Shown piece after piece: positions 1 through 11,514 of a stretch of DNA of 64,000 nucleotides. Position 1 is the stretch's first letter. Every line of letters begins with the position of its first letter. The position numbers and the translations under genes are program-made. Below the pieces are notes generated by a model. That model had not been told where the DNA came from. It did no database searches and was given only the letters and a program-made list of their open reading frames with translations. Source of the stretch: Octopus vulgaris (Eukaryota). The stretch covers positions 29,884,001 to 29,948,000 of the forward strand of contig OX597829.1 of assembly GCA_951406725.2 (NCBI GenBank). The letters run 5' to 3'.

Positions 1-903
1 AGTGCGAGCAGTGGCGTGCCTCAAGGTTCAGTGCTTGGGCCCTTATTGTTCTTAGTCTTCATAAATGACTTGCCTGACGACCTCACACAACACACCCTTC
101 TATTTGCCGACGATATCAAACTGGTCGCTCCTCGCGGTGATATAGAGGATCTTCGTCGATGCCTCCACCAAATTTGGAAGTGGTCTAACGAATGGGACCT
201 GTGTCTGAACGTGACAAAGTGCTGTCATCTGCCTGTTGGCTCTCCTCCTGCAACTCAACTTGATTTCAAGCCGGGTCGTCTGCTGCTGGAGAGGACTGAT
301 CAGGTAAAGGACCTGGGTATCTTGGTGGATTCCTCCTTTTCGCCTTCGGCCCAGTGCGTCCATGCTGCCAACAAAGCACACGGAATTCTGTTCTTGATTC
401 GACGGTCATTCGGAATGCTCACAGCAGCCATATTCCTACCACTCTATGTCACGCTGGTGAGACCCATATTGGAGTACGGGATTCAAGCCTCTTCTCCTTA
501 TCTCCTCAAAGACATACAGCATCTCGAAAGAGTCCAGAAGCTGGCTACCCGCATGGTTCATGGTCTCAAAAATTTGTCCTATGAAGAAAGGCTCAGGACG
601 CTCGACCTTTATTCTCTTGAAAAACGCCGCCGCCGTGGTGATCTCATTCTCGCCCACAACATCATAAGCGGAAAGTGTAACCTCTCGAAAGAGCTGTTCT
701 TCACTCCTGCTCCAGAGCGTCGGCTGCGGGGTCATTCCGAAAAGCTCTACCTGCGACGATTTCATCTCAATCGAAGGAGAGGAGCTTTCTCCATCCGGGT
801 TGCGGATCCGTGGAACAAGCTGCCAGACGAGATGGTGAAGATGCCGACGACCGCTTTGTTCAAAGCCTCCCTTGACCTCAAGTGGCCTGAACTCTTTACA
901 TGA
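1..903 (+). CDS. LINE ORF2 reverse transcriptase, 5'-partial (open at window edge)
   Basis: ORF 16..903 with RT motifs PQGSVLGP and FADD and no internal stops. The listed start is an internal GTG. Confidence 0.85.
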   Translation, partial: SASSGVPQGSVLGPLLFLVFINDLPDDLTQHTLLFADDIKLVAPRGDIEDLRRCLHQIWKWSNEWDLCLNVTKCCHLPVGSPPATQLDFKPGRLLLERTDQVKDLGILVDSSFSPSAQCVHAANKAHGILFLIRRSFGMLTAAIFLPLYVTLVRPILEYGIQASSPYLLKDIQHLERVQKLATRMVHGLKNLSYEERLRTLDLYSLEKRRRRGDLILAHNIISGKCNLSKELFFTPAPERRLRGHSEKLYLRRFHLNRRRGAFSIRVADPWNKLPDEMVKMPTTALFKASLDLKWPELFT

Positions 904-995
904 ACACCACCCTGTACTTAACTCCATGTCCCCCTACATGGCCTTGCTATTTGCTTTTGAGCCAAATTAACTAACTAACTAACTAACTAACTAAC
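1..995 (+). mobile_element. 3' part of a CR1/L2-type non-LTR retrotransposon (RT C-terminal half, short 3' UTR, (CTAA)n tail)
   Basis: Uninterrupted frame from the window edge to TGA at 901-903 with GVPQGSVLGPLLF, LFADD, KDLG, LERVQKLATR, LSYEERL and RRRRGDLI motifs typical of CR1-group ORF2. Ends in (CTAA)n at 968-995. Confidence 0.92.
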
Positions 996-999
996 AGGT

Positions 1000-1800
1000 G
1001 CAATTGTAAGATATGTTTTCATCCACCTTATAGCTTCCCCCTTTTCACAACCACATAACAACATTTATCCTGACCAAACTCCAACCTTACATCCTTTAAT
1101 GATGTTGTAACTAGGTCAAGGCTCTTTTTCATCTTATGCATATTCTTTGTATAAAGTCATCCACAAAGAAACAAGTGTGTAATTTTGGTATTTCTGTTTC
1201 CTTGTGAACCACTGAGATATCCTTCAAACATCCTTAACATGAATGACAAAGGGGTTTACAGAAACTATAAACAACACTACAGAGAAGCTGTCTGCTTGGA
1301 ATATGTCTTGCGATACTGTATTATATCAGTGATAATTTATCAGTTTCATTTCAAGATGGTGGCTCAGAATGAAGGTGGGTCAGCTATAGCTTTGACTATG
1401 CTCACTGAAACTTTAGCAAGCTGAAGGGCTTCCGTGAATAAGAACAGAGTCAAAAGCCATCTTGTAATCTAGCCACATTGAAACTAAGTTCATCCTATGC
1501 TCTCACACCTTTGACATCACAGTTTTGTTGATGAACAATTTATCAGCACACACCCCAGACTCCCTTCTTCCCAGCTCCTTGTTTTGCTGTGATGATGTTA
1601 TTGGTTTCACAATAGTCCTGGAGGAAGAGGTTTAAGCATGCTGTATATATCTTATACATTAAGTTCTGGTATGCAATTGGCTAGTAGTTTTTTGCCATGT
1701 GGGTGGTTCTGCATTTGGGGATGAATTTTGTCTCTGCCAGAGCTAACCAATGTACTATGTTACTGTTCCCATTGAGAACTTGCTGGTACCAGATTGATAA
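1000..1800 (-). mobile_element. Decayed R4/Dong-like (restriction-like endonuclease group) LINE RT remnant
   Basis: Manual minus-strand translation across stops and frameshifts gives MWLDYKMAFDSV (~1465-1500), IFQADSFSVVLFIVSVNP (~1250-1305), a THLF/VDD segment (~1155-1180) and LKDVRLEFGQDKC (~1060-1100), matching the order of R4-type RT motifs. Confidence 0.7.
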
Positions 1801-1974
1801 GATAGAGTCAGTAGAAGGTTAGCTTCTCGTACCAATATCCAACAATCAAAATATGAAGTTTTGAATCATTCCCCAACATTGATTTTGTTTCCTCATGTCT
1901 CTCTTTAAAATGTATATTTTTAAATGTCATTTTGCAGAAAATAAGTTTTCATGAATGCATGTTACAATTATCTT

Positions 1975-2585
1975 TTATGCATGCATGTATGTATTTACAT
2001 ATGCATGTATGTATGTATGTATGTCATTATTCAGATTATTTCAAGATTTCTTGCCAATAGAGAATGAACTGGTTTCTAACCTAGATCCAAGCTCCTCCAT
2101 AGGAATTTCAACATCAGCAACAGAGTATGTAGCTATGTATGTATGTATGTATGTATGTATGTATGTGTATGTGTGTATGTATGTATGTATGTATGTATGC
2201 ATGCATGCATGCATGTATGTATATATGTGTGTGTATGTATGTATGTATGTATGTGCGTGTGTGTATGTATGTACGTATGTATGCATGCATGCATGTATGT
2301 ATGTATGTATGTATGTGTGTGTGTATGTATGTGCAGATTTGTATGTTTTATGTATGTATTCTCATGCATATAGTTACATATCTAGACAAGCTCATATGTA
2401 CTTAAATGATAAACTTCTGGAAAGTTTTACAGATTTTTACAGTTCCAGTGATGGATTGGACTTGTCTGTCTGTCTGTATGTATGTATGTGTGTGTATAAG
2501 TATGAATGTATGTCTATGTATGTATGTATGTATGCATGCATGCATGTGTATACATGTGCATGTATGCGTGTATGTGTGTGTGTGT
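1975..2585. repeat. Compound (TATG)n/(TG)n microsatellites
   Basis: Visible directly; source of the MYVC/HTYI ORFs. Confidence 0.95.
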
Positions 2586-2934
2586 TTATCTTTGTGTCTG
2601 TGTTTGTCACCCTACCACCCACCACTTGACAACCAGTGTTAGTTTTGTTTACATCCATGTAATCTAGTGGTTTAACTAAAAGGGACCAACTGAATAAGTG
2701 CCAGACTAAAATCTAAGTACTGGGATCAATTTGTTCAACTTAAAACCCTACAAGGCAGTAATTCAGCATGGCCGCAGTCCAGTGACTGAATTCAGTAAAT
2801 GCAAAAAAGATGGAGATTTGAATCACTCCACAATATTGATTTTGTTCCCTCATGTCTCTCTTTAAAATGTATAGTTTTAGATGTCATTTTGCAGAAAATG
2901 AGTTTTCATGAATGCATGTTACAATTATCTTTTA

Positions 2935-3345
2935 TCTTTTTACTTGTATCAGTCATTAGACTGTGGCCATGCTGGGATACTACCTTGAAGAATTTTTAGT
3001 CGAATGAATCAACCCCAGTATTTATTTGTTTAGTATTTTAAAATCTGGTACTTATTCTATCAGTCTCTTTTGCTGAACTACTAAGTTATTGTTATAACTT
3101 AGTGAACTGCTAAGTTATGGGGATGTAAACACACCAGCACTGGTTGTCAAACACAGGCACAAAGACATACACACACACACACATGCATGCGCACGTGCGC
3201 ACACACACACACACACACATGCAATGGGCTTCTTTCAGTTTCCATCTACCAAATCCACTCACAAGGTTTTGATTGGCCTGAGGATATAGTAGAAGATACT
3301 TGCCCAAGGTGCCACGCAGTGGGACTGAACCCGGAACCATGTGGC
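2935..3345 (-). mobile_element. tRNA-derived SINE (family A), head-truncated
   Basis: Reverse complement of the family-A copy at 37443-37887 (ggttccgggttcagtcccactgcgtggcaccttgggcaag ... gactgatacaagtaaaa). Confidence 0.8.
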
Positions 3346-4368
3346 CAGAAAGTGAATTCTTGGAAAATGCAGATTCGGGAAGAATGTAATAATTGCAAAG
3401 ACACATGTAGAGCTAACAAGATGAGGAAAGACAAGTGAATCAAGTTTGCCTTGATGGACATAGCGAACAAGCTACTAGTTCATAGGAGGAGATACTTTCG
3501 TAGTAATGATAGAAGAGAAAGAGAGAATAAAGAGCACATTTGAGGAAGGGAGTTGTGGTTGTAGTGCTTTAGACAAAATTTATTGGTTAAATTACTAACT
3601 TTTGATGTTATGATATGCTGCAGAATAAACCTAAAAGTTCAAGCCAACAGCACAACGTCTGTAAATAAACTAAACATATAATTAAAAACACTGGGCAGTT
3701 ATAAAGACTATCCTTTCTCTTATGACTGTCAACAGAAAGATTATATAAAAGATAGCCATTTAAAACCTGTCCAGTGCGTTAATCAATTTACACATGCAGT
3801 GTTGGCTTAAATCTATAATCTTTATTCTGTAGTACATTATAGTATTAGCAACATCTTTGCTTTAATGAAATTTTCAAAAGCAAGATGGCGGATCATGTAG
3901 GATAGGTGTCTGGAAGTTTGACAAAGGACCATATTGATTGATGGCATGCAATACTGCAGAAGCCTTGACCAGCCATGAGCAAGACATATATTGAAATGAG
4001 GGCAGAAATATGAGCTAGGAAATTTTGTACACAGTCAAGACTACATCTGCTGCTCCCATTGCATTTTGAAACACATGCCCCTCCCACAATCACCACCACT
4101 ACCTAACATCCACCTATTGCTCACCTATACTCCCTTACACTTTATCCATCTTTTCTCTGCTTCATTTATTTCCCCAACAATATATGCTCATCTTTGACCC
4201 TCTCTTTGAGTTACCCTTCATGAGAAATATGTAGAAGAGACTACAACAGATCATTCAGCTTTCCATCTTTGGTCCAAAACTTCTGTCCCTTCCATCATAC
4301 TCCTGTTCCTTTCACCCATTATTTTCATTTCACTTTTTCACTACTGCCAACCATAAGTCTCTCTACTC

Positions 4369-4569
4369 CAGTGGTTTTCAACCAGGGTTCCGCCAGTACA
4401 GTCCAGGGGTTCCGCAAGAAGTTACAAAACTGCTAAAATCAGCAGTAATTTTTAAGTCTCCTGTGCAGATATGTGTGCATAAGACTATTAAATTACTGCA
4501 CAGGGGTTCCTCGAGCCAGTGGAATGTTTCCTTGGGGTTCCGCTCCAGCAAAAAGTTTGAAAAGCACTG
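4369..4569. mobile_element. hAT-type MITE, 201 bp
   Basis: TIRs CAGTGGTTTTCAA / TTGAAAAGCACTG. Perfect 8-bp TSD CTCTACTC at 4361-4368 and 4570-4577. Confidence 0.9.
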
Positions 4570-5938
4570 CTCTACTCTATGCTACTTCAACTGTCACCCA
4601 TCATCCCTTGCTATTGCCCATCACCTACTTCCTATCTTCTTTCCAATACTTCTAGATCTTCTATAATATTCCTGTTTCTTTCAGCCACTTATTTTTCTTT
4701 TACCTTTTCAGTGCTGCCAGCCATAAACATCTCTATGCTAGCCTACTTCTATTGTCATCCATCCTGTCTTGCTATTGACCATCACTTCCTATCTTAATTC
4801 CAATACATCTGAATCTTGAATAATACTCCAATTCCTTTCACCCACTTATTTTCCCATCATACTTTTAGTACTACCAACAATTACTCTATTCTAACAAAAT
4901 TCTACTCTCATCCATCATCTCTAGCTATTGGTCATCACGTCTGATCTTCACTCCAATACCTCCATCTCTTCCAACATAGTCTTTTTCGTTTCCCCACTTA
5001 TTTTCCTTTCACCCTTTCAGTACCACCAGCCATTACTCTTTCTACTCTGGCCTACTTCTACTGTCATCCAACATCTCTTGCTAGAGAACATCACTTCCTA
5101 TCTTCATTCCAATACTTCTGCCACTCGAAAAAAATTTTTGTTCCTTTCACCCACTTACTTTCCTTTCGCCATTTCAGTACTGCCAGCTGTTGCTGTCTCT
5201 GTGACTATCATCTATCATCTCTAACTATTGCCCATTACTTTCTTCCTACCTTCACTCCAATACTTCTGTACCTTGTTGCTCTTGTTGATTTCACCCAGTC
5301 TTGTGGCTTTCACCCACTTATTTTCCTTTCACCCACTTATTTTCCTTTCACCCTTTCAGTACTGCCAGCCACAAATCTCCACTCTGTCCTACTTCTACTG
5401 TCATCCATCAACTCTTGCCCACTACATACCCCCAATCATCACTCCATTACTTCTGTCTCTTCTATCATATTCTTGTTCCTTGCACCTTTACAGTACTCTA
5501 CTCTAGCCTAACTTCTATTGCCTTCCAGCATCTCTTGCTATTGCCCGTTGATTGCATCCTGTCTTTGCACAAATACTTCTGTCTCTTCCACAACATAGTC
5601 TTTTTTTCTTTCACCCACTTATTTTCCTTTCTCAGTGCTGCCAGCCATAAATCTCTCTCCTCTAGCCTACTTCTATTGTCATCCATCATCTTTTGCTATT
5701 GCCCTTCATTTACTTCTACCTTCACTCAAGTACTTCTGTCTCTTCCATAATACTATCGTTCCTCTCATCCACTTATTTTCCTTTCACCTTTTCAGTGCTG
5801 CCACCCAACACTCTCTCTCCCCCAGTCTACTTCTACTGTTATCAATCATCTCTTGTTATTGCTCATCACTTACTTCCTATCTTCAGTCCAAAAGTTCTAT
5901 CTCTTGAAGCATAATCTTTTTCCTTTCACCCACTTTCA

Positions 5939-6857
5939 GGATCTTTTCCCTTTGAATGGCAGATCAAGAAATTAATTATTTGTAACTAAACACTTTCAAA
6001 CTTCAGACACTGGTAGAAAGTGTCATATAAAACATCTTTTACTCTTAGGGTTGTTGAGAAAAGTTTATATCTACGAAGTCATTTCTTGTTAAAGTTGTCG
6101 TATTTCGGTAATTTCAACCAATCAATGATGTGTATTCTGCTGAATAAAATTACTGCCATTGATTGTCAACAACAACTATCGGCGGTGTATATTTCGTTTG
6201 TCACTGTTATTTATAACATCGTTTGTGCGTTTGTACTGGTTTTAGCTTTAAAGTTTTAGGGTTAGGGTTAAGGGTTTTGGTTTTAGGGTTAGAGTTTTAG
6301 GGTTAGGGTTTTAGGGTTAGGGTTTTAGGGTTAGAGTTTTAGGGTTAGGGTTTTAGGGTTAGGATTAGGGTTTTAGGGTTAGAGTTATGGGAAAAAAAAT
6401 GAAAAATGAAGAAATTGGAGGGATAGGGGGGAAAAGTCTTTCTGAAAATAGTAGCTGAAAAACAAGGAAAAAAAACTAAAAGCAGTAGAAATGCATGAAC
6501 GATTATGGTGGTGCCATGAAGTAAACATGCTTCAGATACACTCGTTTATTCATACAAATGTAACTGAGATGAAATATGCCATAAATAACAGTGATAAATG
6601 AAATATACACTGCCAGAAGTTGTTGTTGACAAACAACCGCAGTAATTTTATTCAGCTGAATACACATCATTGATTGGTTGAAATTACCGAAATACGACAA
6701 CTTTAACATGAAATAACTTTGAAAATATAAACTTTTCTCAAAAACGCTAAGAGTAAAAGATGATTTATATGACACATTCTACCAGTATACGAAGTTTTAA
6801 AAGTGTTTAGTTACAAAAAGTTATTTTCTAAATCTGCCAGTCAAAATGTAAAGATCC
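5939..6857. mobile_element. Foldback/long-TIR non-autonomous DNA transposon with an internal telomere-like repeat
   Basis: Imperfect inverted arms of ~280 bp (5939-~6220 and ~6575-6857) with termini GGATCTT...AAGATCC. Mirror ORFs 6020+ and 6503- translate similarly. Flanks cactttca/acctttca form an imperfect TSD. Confidence 0.88.
6255..6390 (+). repeat. Telomere-like (TTTTAGGGTTAGGG)n tract
   Basis: Seen directly: multiple TTAGGG units in a ~14-bp period. Confidence 0.9.
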
Positions 6858-9427
6858 ACCTTTCAGTACAGCCAGCCATAAATCTCCACTCTAGCTTACT
6901 TCTACAGTCATCCATTATCTCTTGCTACTGCCCATCACTTACTTCCCATCTTCACTTCTTCTGTCTCTTCCATCACACTCCTGTTCCTTTCATCCATTTA
7001 TTTTCCTTTCACCCTTTCAGTACTTTGTGCCATAACTCTTTCTACAGTATTGCAAGCTGTAAATCTTTCTACTCCTTTTACCCACTTATTTTCCTTTCAC
7101 CTTTGCAATACTGCCTGCTATAAGTCTTTCTACCCCAGTCAGATTCTACTGTCATCCATCATCACTTGCTATTGTACAGCATTTACATACTATCTTCCCT
7201 CCATTACATCTGTATCTTCCATCATAGTCTTTTTACTTTCAACCAATTATTTTCGCCAGCCATAAATCTCTCTCCTCTAGCCTACTTCTGCTGTCATCCA
7301 TCATCTCTTGCTATTGCCCATCAGTTACTTCTATCTTTATTCAAAAACTTCCGTCCCTTTCATGATATTGCTGTTCCTTTCACCCACTTAATCTCCTTTC
7401 ACCCTTTCAACTACCAACCAACCATTACTCTCTCTCCTCTTGCCTATTTCCAATACGATTGCACATCAGTTGCCTCCTATCTTCACTCAAATACTTCTCT
7501 CTCATCCATCACACTCCTGTTCCTTTCATCCACTTATTTTCCTTTCACCCTTCCAACTACCAACCAACCATTACTCTCTCTACTCCAGTCTACTTCTACT
7601 GTCTCTTGTTATTGCCCATTATTACTTCCTATCTTCATACTCTTGTTTCTTCCACCCACTTATTTACCTTTCACCTTTCGATACTACCAGCCATAAATCT
7701 CTCCTCACTCGTTTATTTTCACTCTCCTTATTCTAATACTTCTGTCTCTTCCAGCATACTCTAATTCCTTTCACCTGTTCAGTGCAGCCAGCCAGCCATA
7801 AATCTAGCTTATTTCTACTGTCATCCATCATATTACTTCCTATCTTCACTCCATTACTTTTGTCTCTTCCTTTCACTTTTTCAGTTTTGTACTCTAATCT
7901 AGCCTACATCTACTGTCATCCATCATCTCTTGCTATTGACCATCACTTACTTCCTATCTGCACTCCATTACTTTCATCCCTCCTATCATACTCTTGTTCC
8001 TCTTCAGTTCTGTACTCTACTCTAGCCTACTTATATTGTCATCCATCATCCATCATTTCCTTCCTATCTTAACTCCAATACTTCTGTCCCTTTCATCATA
8101 CTCCTGTTCCTTTCACCCACTCCTGTTCCTTTCACCTTTTCACTACTGCCAGCCATTACTTTCTCTCCTCTAGCATACTTCTACTGCCATCCATCATCTC
8201 TTGCTATTGCCCATCACTGACATAATGTCTTCACTCAAATACTTTTGTCTCTTCCATCATACTCCTTCTCCTTTCACCCACTTATTTTTCCTTTGACCCT
8301 TTCATGACTCCCAACTATTAATCTCCCCACTCCAGTCTACTTCTATTGTCATCCATCATCTGCTTTGCCCATCAATTTTTTCCCATCTTCACTCAATTAC
8401 TTCTGTCTCATCCATCACACTCCTGTTTCTCTCACCCACTTATTTACCTTTGAACCTTTTAGTACTACCAACCATTACTTTCTTCACTCCAGTTTACTTC
8501 TACTTTCATCAATCATCTCTTGCTATTGCCCATCACTTTCTTTCTATCTTCACTCCAATATTTCTATCCCTTCCATCATACTCTTCTTCCTTTTACCCAC
8601 TTCTTTTCCTTTAGCCCTTTCATTTCTACCAACCATTACTTTCTCTACTCCAGTCTACTTCTGCTGTCATCCCTCATCACTTGCTATTGCTCATCATTTA
8701 CTTCCCATCTTCACTTCAATACTTCTATCACTTCCATCATATTCCTATTCATTTCACCCACTTTTTTTTCTTTCACCCACTTTTTTGTCTTTCACCCACT
8801 TATTTTCCTTTCACCCTTTCAGTACTACCAAACATTACTCTCTCTACTTCAGTCTACTTCAGCCGTCATCCATCATCTCTTACTTATTGCCCATCATTTA
8901 CTTCTCTCCATTACTTTTGTCTCTTCTATCATACCCTTGTTCCTTTCACCTTCTATTGTTATCCATCATATCTTGCTTTCCACTATACTTACATACTATC
9001 TTCACTCAAATAATTCCGTCTTTTCCAACATAGTCTTTTTCCTTTCACTCACTTATTTTCCTTTCACATTTTCAATACTGCCAGCCATAAATCTCTCTAC
9101 TCTTATTGTCATCCATCAACTCTTGCTACAGCCCATCATTTATTTCTTATCTTCACTCCAATACATCTGTGTCTCCCATCATCCTTCTGATCCTTTCATC
9201 CAATTATTTTCCTTTCACCCTTTCAGTACTACCAACCATTACTCTCTCCACCCCAGTCTACTTCTTGTGTCATCCAGCATCCCTTCCCCATCATTTACTT
9301 CCTATCTTCAGTCCAATACATCTGTCTCTTCTAAGTTAGTCTTTTTCCTTTCTCTCATTGATTTTCTTTTCCTCTTTTTCCTTTCACCCACTTATTTTCT
9401 CTTCACCCTTTCCAAACCACCAACCAT

Positions 9428-9461
<34 letters not shown>

Positions 9462-10610
9462 TCCAGTCTACTTCTACTGTCATCCATCATCCTATCATCT
9501 TATTGCTCATTATTTACTTCCTACCTTCACTCTCTTCCAACATAGTTTTTACATTTCACCCACTTATTTTCCCTTCACACTTTCATTACTACCAACCATT
9601 ACTCTTTCTACTCCAGTTTACTTCTATTGTCATCCCTCATCACTTGCTATTGCTCATCACTTACATCCTGTCTTCACTCAAATACTTCTGTCCCTTCCAT
9701 CACACTCCTGTTCCTTCCAGCCACCTATTTTCCTCTCCGCCCAATTATATTTTCCCTTCACCCTTTCAGTACTACCAACCATTACTCTCTCTCCTTTAGC
9801 CTACTTCTACTGTCATACATCTTCTCTTGCTATTGCCCTTCATTTACTTCCCAGCTTAACTCCTATACTTCTGCCTCCTCCATCATACTCTCACTAATTG
9901 AGCCTTCTTCTACTGTCCTCCATTATCTCTTGCTATTACCCATCTCTTACTCCTATCTTCATTCCAATATTTCTGTGTCTTCTACCATACTCCTGTTCCT
10001 TTCACCCACATATTTCATTTCCACCTTTTCACTATTGCCAGCCATAAATCTCTCTACTCTAGCTTACTTCTACTGTCATCCATCTTCCCATCTTGACTGA
10101 CTATTGGCTATCATTTACTTCCCATCTTCTCTCCAATACATCGCTTTCTTCCATCCTGCTCTAGTTCCTTTCACCCTTATTTTCCTTTCAGCCTTTGGGT
10201 TCTCTCTACTCTTGTCTACTTCTATTATTATCCATCATCTCTTGCTATTGCCCATTACTTACTTCCCATCTTAACTTCAATACTTATGTCTCTTCCATCA
10301 TACTAATCTTCCTTTCACCCACTTATTTTCCTTTCAGCCTTTCAGTACTTCCAACCGTTAATCTCTCTACCCTAGCCTACTTCTGCAGTCATACATCATA
10401 TCTTGTTACTCCTCATGAATTTTCTTCTCATCTTCACATTGATACTTGTGTCTCTTCCATCATACTCTTGTTCCTGTCACCCACTTTTTTTCATTTCACT
10501 CTTTCAGTACTACCAATCATTACTGTCTCTAATCTAGCCTCCTTCTACTGTTGTCCATTTTCTTTTGCTGTTGCCCATCACTTTCTTTCTATCTTTGCTC
10601 CAATACTTCT

Positions 10611-10869
10611 TTCGTTTTGGATTTGGTTTGCAAGATTCTTTATATGAGTTTGTGTGTTGAAGCATATTCTGTTGTGTCTGGGGAGAGTCATTTTCTTTTT
10701 GTGTCTTATAATGTAACACACCCACCGGTAAAATTTCAACTTATTTCTTATTTTTTATTTTTATTTTTATAAAATATAAAAATAAGAAATATAAAAATAA
10801 ATTTTACCGGTGAGTGTGTTACATTATAAGACACAAAAAGAAAATGACTCTCCCCAGACACAACAGAAT
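10611..10869. mobile_element. Short Penelope-like insertion with an inverted terminal segment (hairpin)
   Basis: Inverted arms 10666-~10736 and ~10799-10869. 12-bp TSD TCCAATACTTCT at 10599-10610 and 10869-10880. Minus-strand peptide MTLPRHNRICFNTQTHIKNLANQIQ resembles the Penelope-associated ORF start at 33931 ([25 protein letters not shown]). Confidence 0.7.
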
Positions 10870-11514
10870 CCAATACTTCTGTTTCTTCTATCAAAGTCTT
10901 ATTCCTTTAAATAAAAGTGCTATTGATAATTCATAAACAGTTATGGCATATAACAGTTCAGAACATTACCAACTGTAAAAAAAAAAGAAAACATTTTGTT
11001 GGAAAAGTGTTATGTAATGAACTAAATCAGCGTGTAAGCCAGATTTTACTGGTGGCTCCAAACTCAATATCAATACAGTAGGAAAAATATTGAGATTATC
11101 CTATTTTAAACTATTATTTGTATTAATGAACCAAACATACTTATGGTAATATTTGGCAACATTTTTCTTATGAAAACAAATTCTTGTATTCTTTTATTCT
11201 TTTACTTGTTTCAGTCATTTGACTGTGGCCATTCTGGAGCACTGCCTTCAAGGAAATTGACCCCATGACTTATTTTTTCATAGGTGTAGTACTTATTCTA
11301 TTGGTGTTTTTTGTTGAACCACTAACTGACAGGGAAATAAACACACCAGCATCAGTTGTCAATCGGTGATGGTGGGGGCAAATACAAACACACTTACATA
11401 AATACACACATATCATCATCTTCAATGTCATTATTTAACATCTGTTGTCCATGCTGGCATGGGTTGGGTGGTTTGACCAGAGTTTGTAAGCTGAGGGGCA
11501 GCACTAGGCTCCAA

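Larger units (their letters stand above)
4270..10910. repeat. Degenerate ~153-bp pyrimidine-rich satellite (roughly 30-35 copies) interrupted by three insertions
   Basis: Recurring unit cacccacttattttcctttcaccctttcagtactaccaaccattact...ctactgtcatccatcatctcttgctattgcccatcac...ccaatacttctgtctcttccatcatactcctgttcc. Anchors at ~4839, ~4993 and ~5148. Confidence 0.9.

Noticed and set aside
1955-2658. Long ORFs rich in MYVC/HTYI (also 30337-31190 and 33560-34012)
   Set aside because: Translations of (TATG)n/(TA)n microsatellites that lack stop codons by composition.
3601-3659. Minus-strand exon candidate (tttatttacag|...|gttagt)
   Set aside because: Stops in all three frames; at most non-coding, and unsupported.
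8365-10647. ORFs up to 341 aa rich in S/L/F/H
   Set aside because: Open frames in the G-poor 153-bp satellite, overlapping in all three frames with no domain motifs.
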